This document shows positions 61,617-64,000 of a stretch of 64,000 bases of DNA, in pieces. The notes under the pieces were generated by a model. The model saw only the letters and a list, made by a program, of their open reading frames with translations, ran no database searches and was not told the DNA's origin. Each line of letters begins with the position of its first letter. Position 1 is the first letter of the stretch. The translations under genes and the position numbers were made by a program. Source of the DNA: Octopus bimaculoides (lineage: Eukaryota); contig NC_068993.1 of assembly GCF_001194135.2 (NCBI RefSeq), forward strand, positions 10,550,811 to 10,614,810, given 5' to 3'.

Positions 61617-62587
61617 TGAAGGCAGAGTTCCAAGTTGGTTTCAGGCATGATGGCTTAATCAAACATAAGAATTACCACCAAATACCCATAATTCTCTGGG
61701 AGAAGTAAACCAGTTTGTTTTGTTTTCTAATCTTTGCTATATCTGATGACTAATAAAGCAAAAATGAAATCAAAGGAAGTTCATCACAGTAAAACCTTAT
61801 CTCATCAGCCAATCTCTCTGCTCTGCAGTCAAACCGTTATCTTCTGCAGGTATATGAAGTATTTGCCGGGGACTGTAATCATTTCTTTGAGAATTCATGA
61901 AATTATTTCATTGAACTCCAAGTCAAGGAGTTTAGGGAACAAAGGGAAGTATTCGTTAATGAGTATTTTTTAATTTTTTATCTAGAACAATAAATTAGAA
62001 CAAAGATATTGGGTTGTTGATTCTTTTTATCTAAACATTATCTGAAGAAAATGACTGACAAAAACAAGCCATTCATAATTCAGTGAAATAGTTTAAAAAA
62101 CCTGTTTTATAAGTGACTGACCTAACATTAAGTTGCTGTTTTATGATAACAAAATTGTCATCTGTTTTTCTGAAGCATTCATATTTAAATTAAAACTACA
62201 TGTGTGGACCCTTTGTTAAGTTAAGTTCCAAACACTGACTTCATAGTGGTTTCTAATTTAGGCAGAATGGCAGCATTTTTAGGGAAGGAATTACTCAATA
62301 ACCTCAGTACTTGACTGGTACTTTAGGTCATTGATTCCACAAGGTATGGCCCAGTGTTTAGGTGTTGCACTTATGATTGTAATATTGTGGTTTCAATCTC
62401 TGGATTGGGTGGTATGTTGTGTTCTTGAGCACAACACTTTATTCTATGTTGCTTCAGTCCATATTATTGAGAATATAAGAGAGAGAGAAGGTCAGAAAGT
62501 GTGTGTGTGTGTGTTACTAAGAAAGTATGGAGAATAGAGATAAGAATGCATGCTTGTGTTAGTGAGAGAGGAAAGGTGAAGGAAAGG

Positions 62588-62661
<74 letters not shown>

Positions 62662-63164
62662 GTAAAGGCAAGATTGGACAGTTCTTTGCTGACAATAAAG
62701 TTCTGTGATTTTTGATTTAATATGAAAATGAAATGGAATGACACAATCAATCATTAGTGCATCAAAAAACAAAAAAAAAAAAAACGAACAAAAATAACAA
62801 AAGAAATAGCAAAAACTGTCTTGCGGACATTTACTTATGTCATTCTAAGCCCGAGTGCAAATCACACAGGAATTAACTCTTAGCCTTTCATCTTCTTGGA
62901 AGTCGATGGTGTTGGTGTTGGTGTTGGGTGGTGGGTGGGTCTTTGTACATTAAAGTAACAGAGAATCGCTGCGTCAATATAAATGACTGCATGCTCTTCA
63001 AATATAGTTGCAGCATTGTGAACAATCAATATCATATTGGCAGAATTGATGGAGCAACTAATAAAACTATTTGCAGTGTTTAGTTACCTTTATCTTCCGG
63101 GTTCTAATCTCACCGAAGCCAAGTCACTTTTCATTTTTCTAGGGCTTAAGAAAAATAAACTACC

Positions 63165-63491
63165 GCAGGAGTGGCTGTGTAGTAAGTAGCTTGCTTACCA
63201 ACCACATGGTTCCAGGTTCAGTCCCACTGTGTGGCACCTTGGGCAAGTGTCTTCTACTATAGCCTCGGGCTGACCAAAGCCTTGTGAGTGGATTTGGTAG
63301 ACAGAAACTGAATGAAGCCCGTCGTATATATGTATATGTATATATATACGTGTGTTTGTATGTCTGCATTTGTCCCCCCAACATTGCTTGACAACCGATT
63401 GTGGAGTGTTTATGTCCCCGTAACTTAGCGGTTTGGCAAAAGAGGCCGATAGAATAAGTGCGAGGCTTACAAAGAATAAGTCCTGGGGTCG
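63165..63491 (+). mobile_element. SINE family A, 3'-truncated at a hairpin
   Basis: gcaggagtggctgtgtagtaagtagc...gaataagtcctggggtcg. Confidence 0.9.
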
Positions 63492-63553
63492 AATAACTGA
63501 CAGGTACTTAATCATTCTCCAGGGGGGATGTGATTAAGTACCTGTCAGTTATT
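63492..63553. repeat. Perfect 23-bp inverted repeat with 16-nt loop
   Basis: aataactgacaggtacttaatca / tgattaagtacctgtcagttatt. Confidence 0.95.
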
Positions 63554-63641
63554 GCGGTCAATATCATCAGCTGTATCCCCTCCAGAATTTGAAACCCTGT
63601 ATCTAAGTTACCAATCAATATTATTCATTATGTGAATAGGT

Positions 63642-63775
63642 ACAGGCATGGCTGTGTGGTTAAGAAGTTTACTATACACCACATGGTTTCAGGTTCAGTC
63701 CCAATGCATGACATGGTACCTTTGAGCAAGGCCTTTTGAGTGGATTTGGTAGAGAAACTGAAACAAACCGGTTGC
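63642..63775 (+). mobile_element. SINE family A, 5' half (diverged)
   Basis: caggcatggctgtgtggttaagaag...gagtggatttggtagagaaactgaaa. Confidence 0.75.
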
Positions 63776-64000
63776 ACGTGTGCATGTGTGAACTTGCATG
63801 TATGTGTGCATGTGTGAGCACATGTGAGTGTCCACATGTGTGTGTATGTATGTGTTCAGCTTGCCATCACATGACAGTTGTGGTCGTCACCATTATACGA
63901 GCAGTGTCCCGGGTTTCCAGTCTTCCCTGTAAACATGACCAAGCCATGGGGAAATATATTGCTTGGAAATGAATGAGGGTAGGTGACAGGAAGTGCATCC

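Overview
This is AT-rich, microsatellite-dense eukaryotic scaffold DNA with 13 N-gaps totalling about 5.6 kb. Composition and repeat families point to an octopus genome, probably Octopus bimaculoides; that is my inference from recalled repeat sequences, not a database match. No complete protein-coding gene, real tRNA/rRNA gene or CRISPR array can be supported. The long ORFs in the track come from N-gaps and simple repeats. The window is mostly transposon debris: several tRNA-derived SINE families, many 5'-truncated 3' ends of an RTE-clade LINE plus two RTE ORF2 remnants, two R4/Dong-like endonuclease remnants, a degenerate Penelope-like RT, a mariner transposase remnant, several MITEs and Helentron-type elements. 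The main observations are: (1) a tRNA-headed, SINE-like element, present in two copies, that carries a minimal hammerhead-ribozyme fold in its 3' half and has no poly(A) or simple-repeat tail; (2) three more unrelated minimal hammerhead motifs, two with non-canonical core bases, plus one degenerate motif; (3) tandem ~62-nt units in the RTE 3'UTR whose hairpin is kept by compensatory base changes; (4) RTE tails inserted in (TA)n tracts with clustered 5' ends; (5) two perfect hairpins and a 54-bp direct repeat around a mariner MITE. A few phase-compatible candidate exons exist on both strands, but they are low confidence and the two models overlap.
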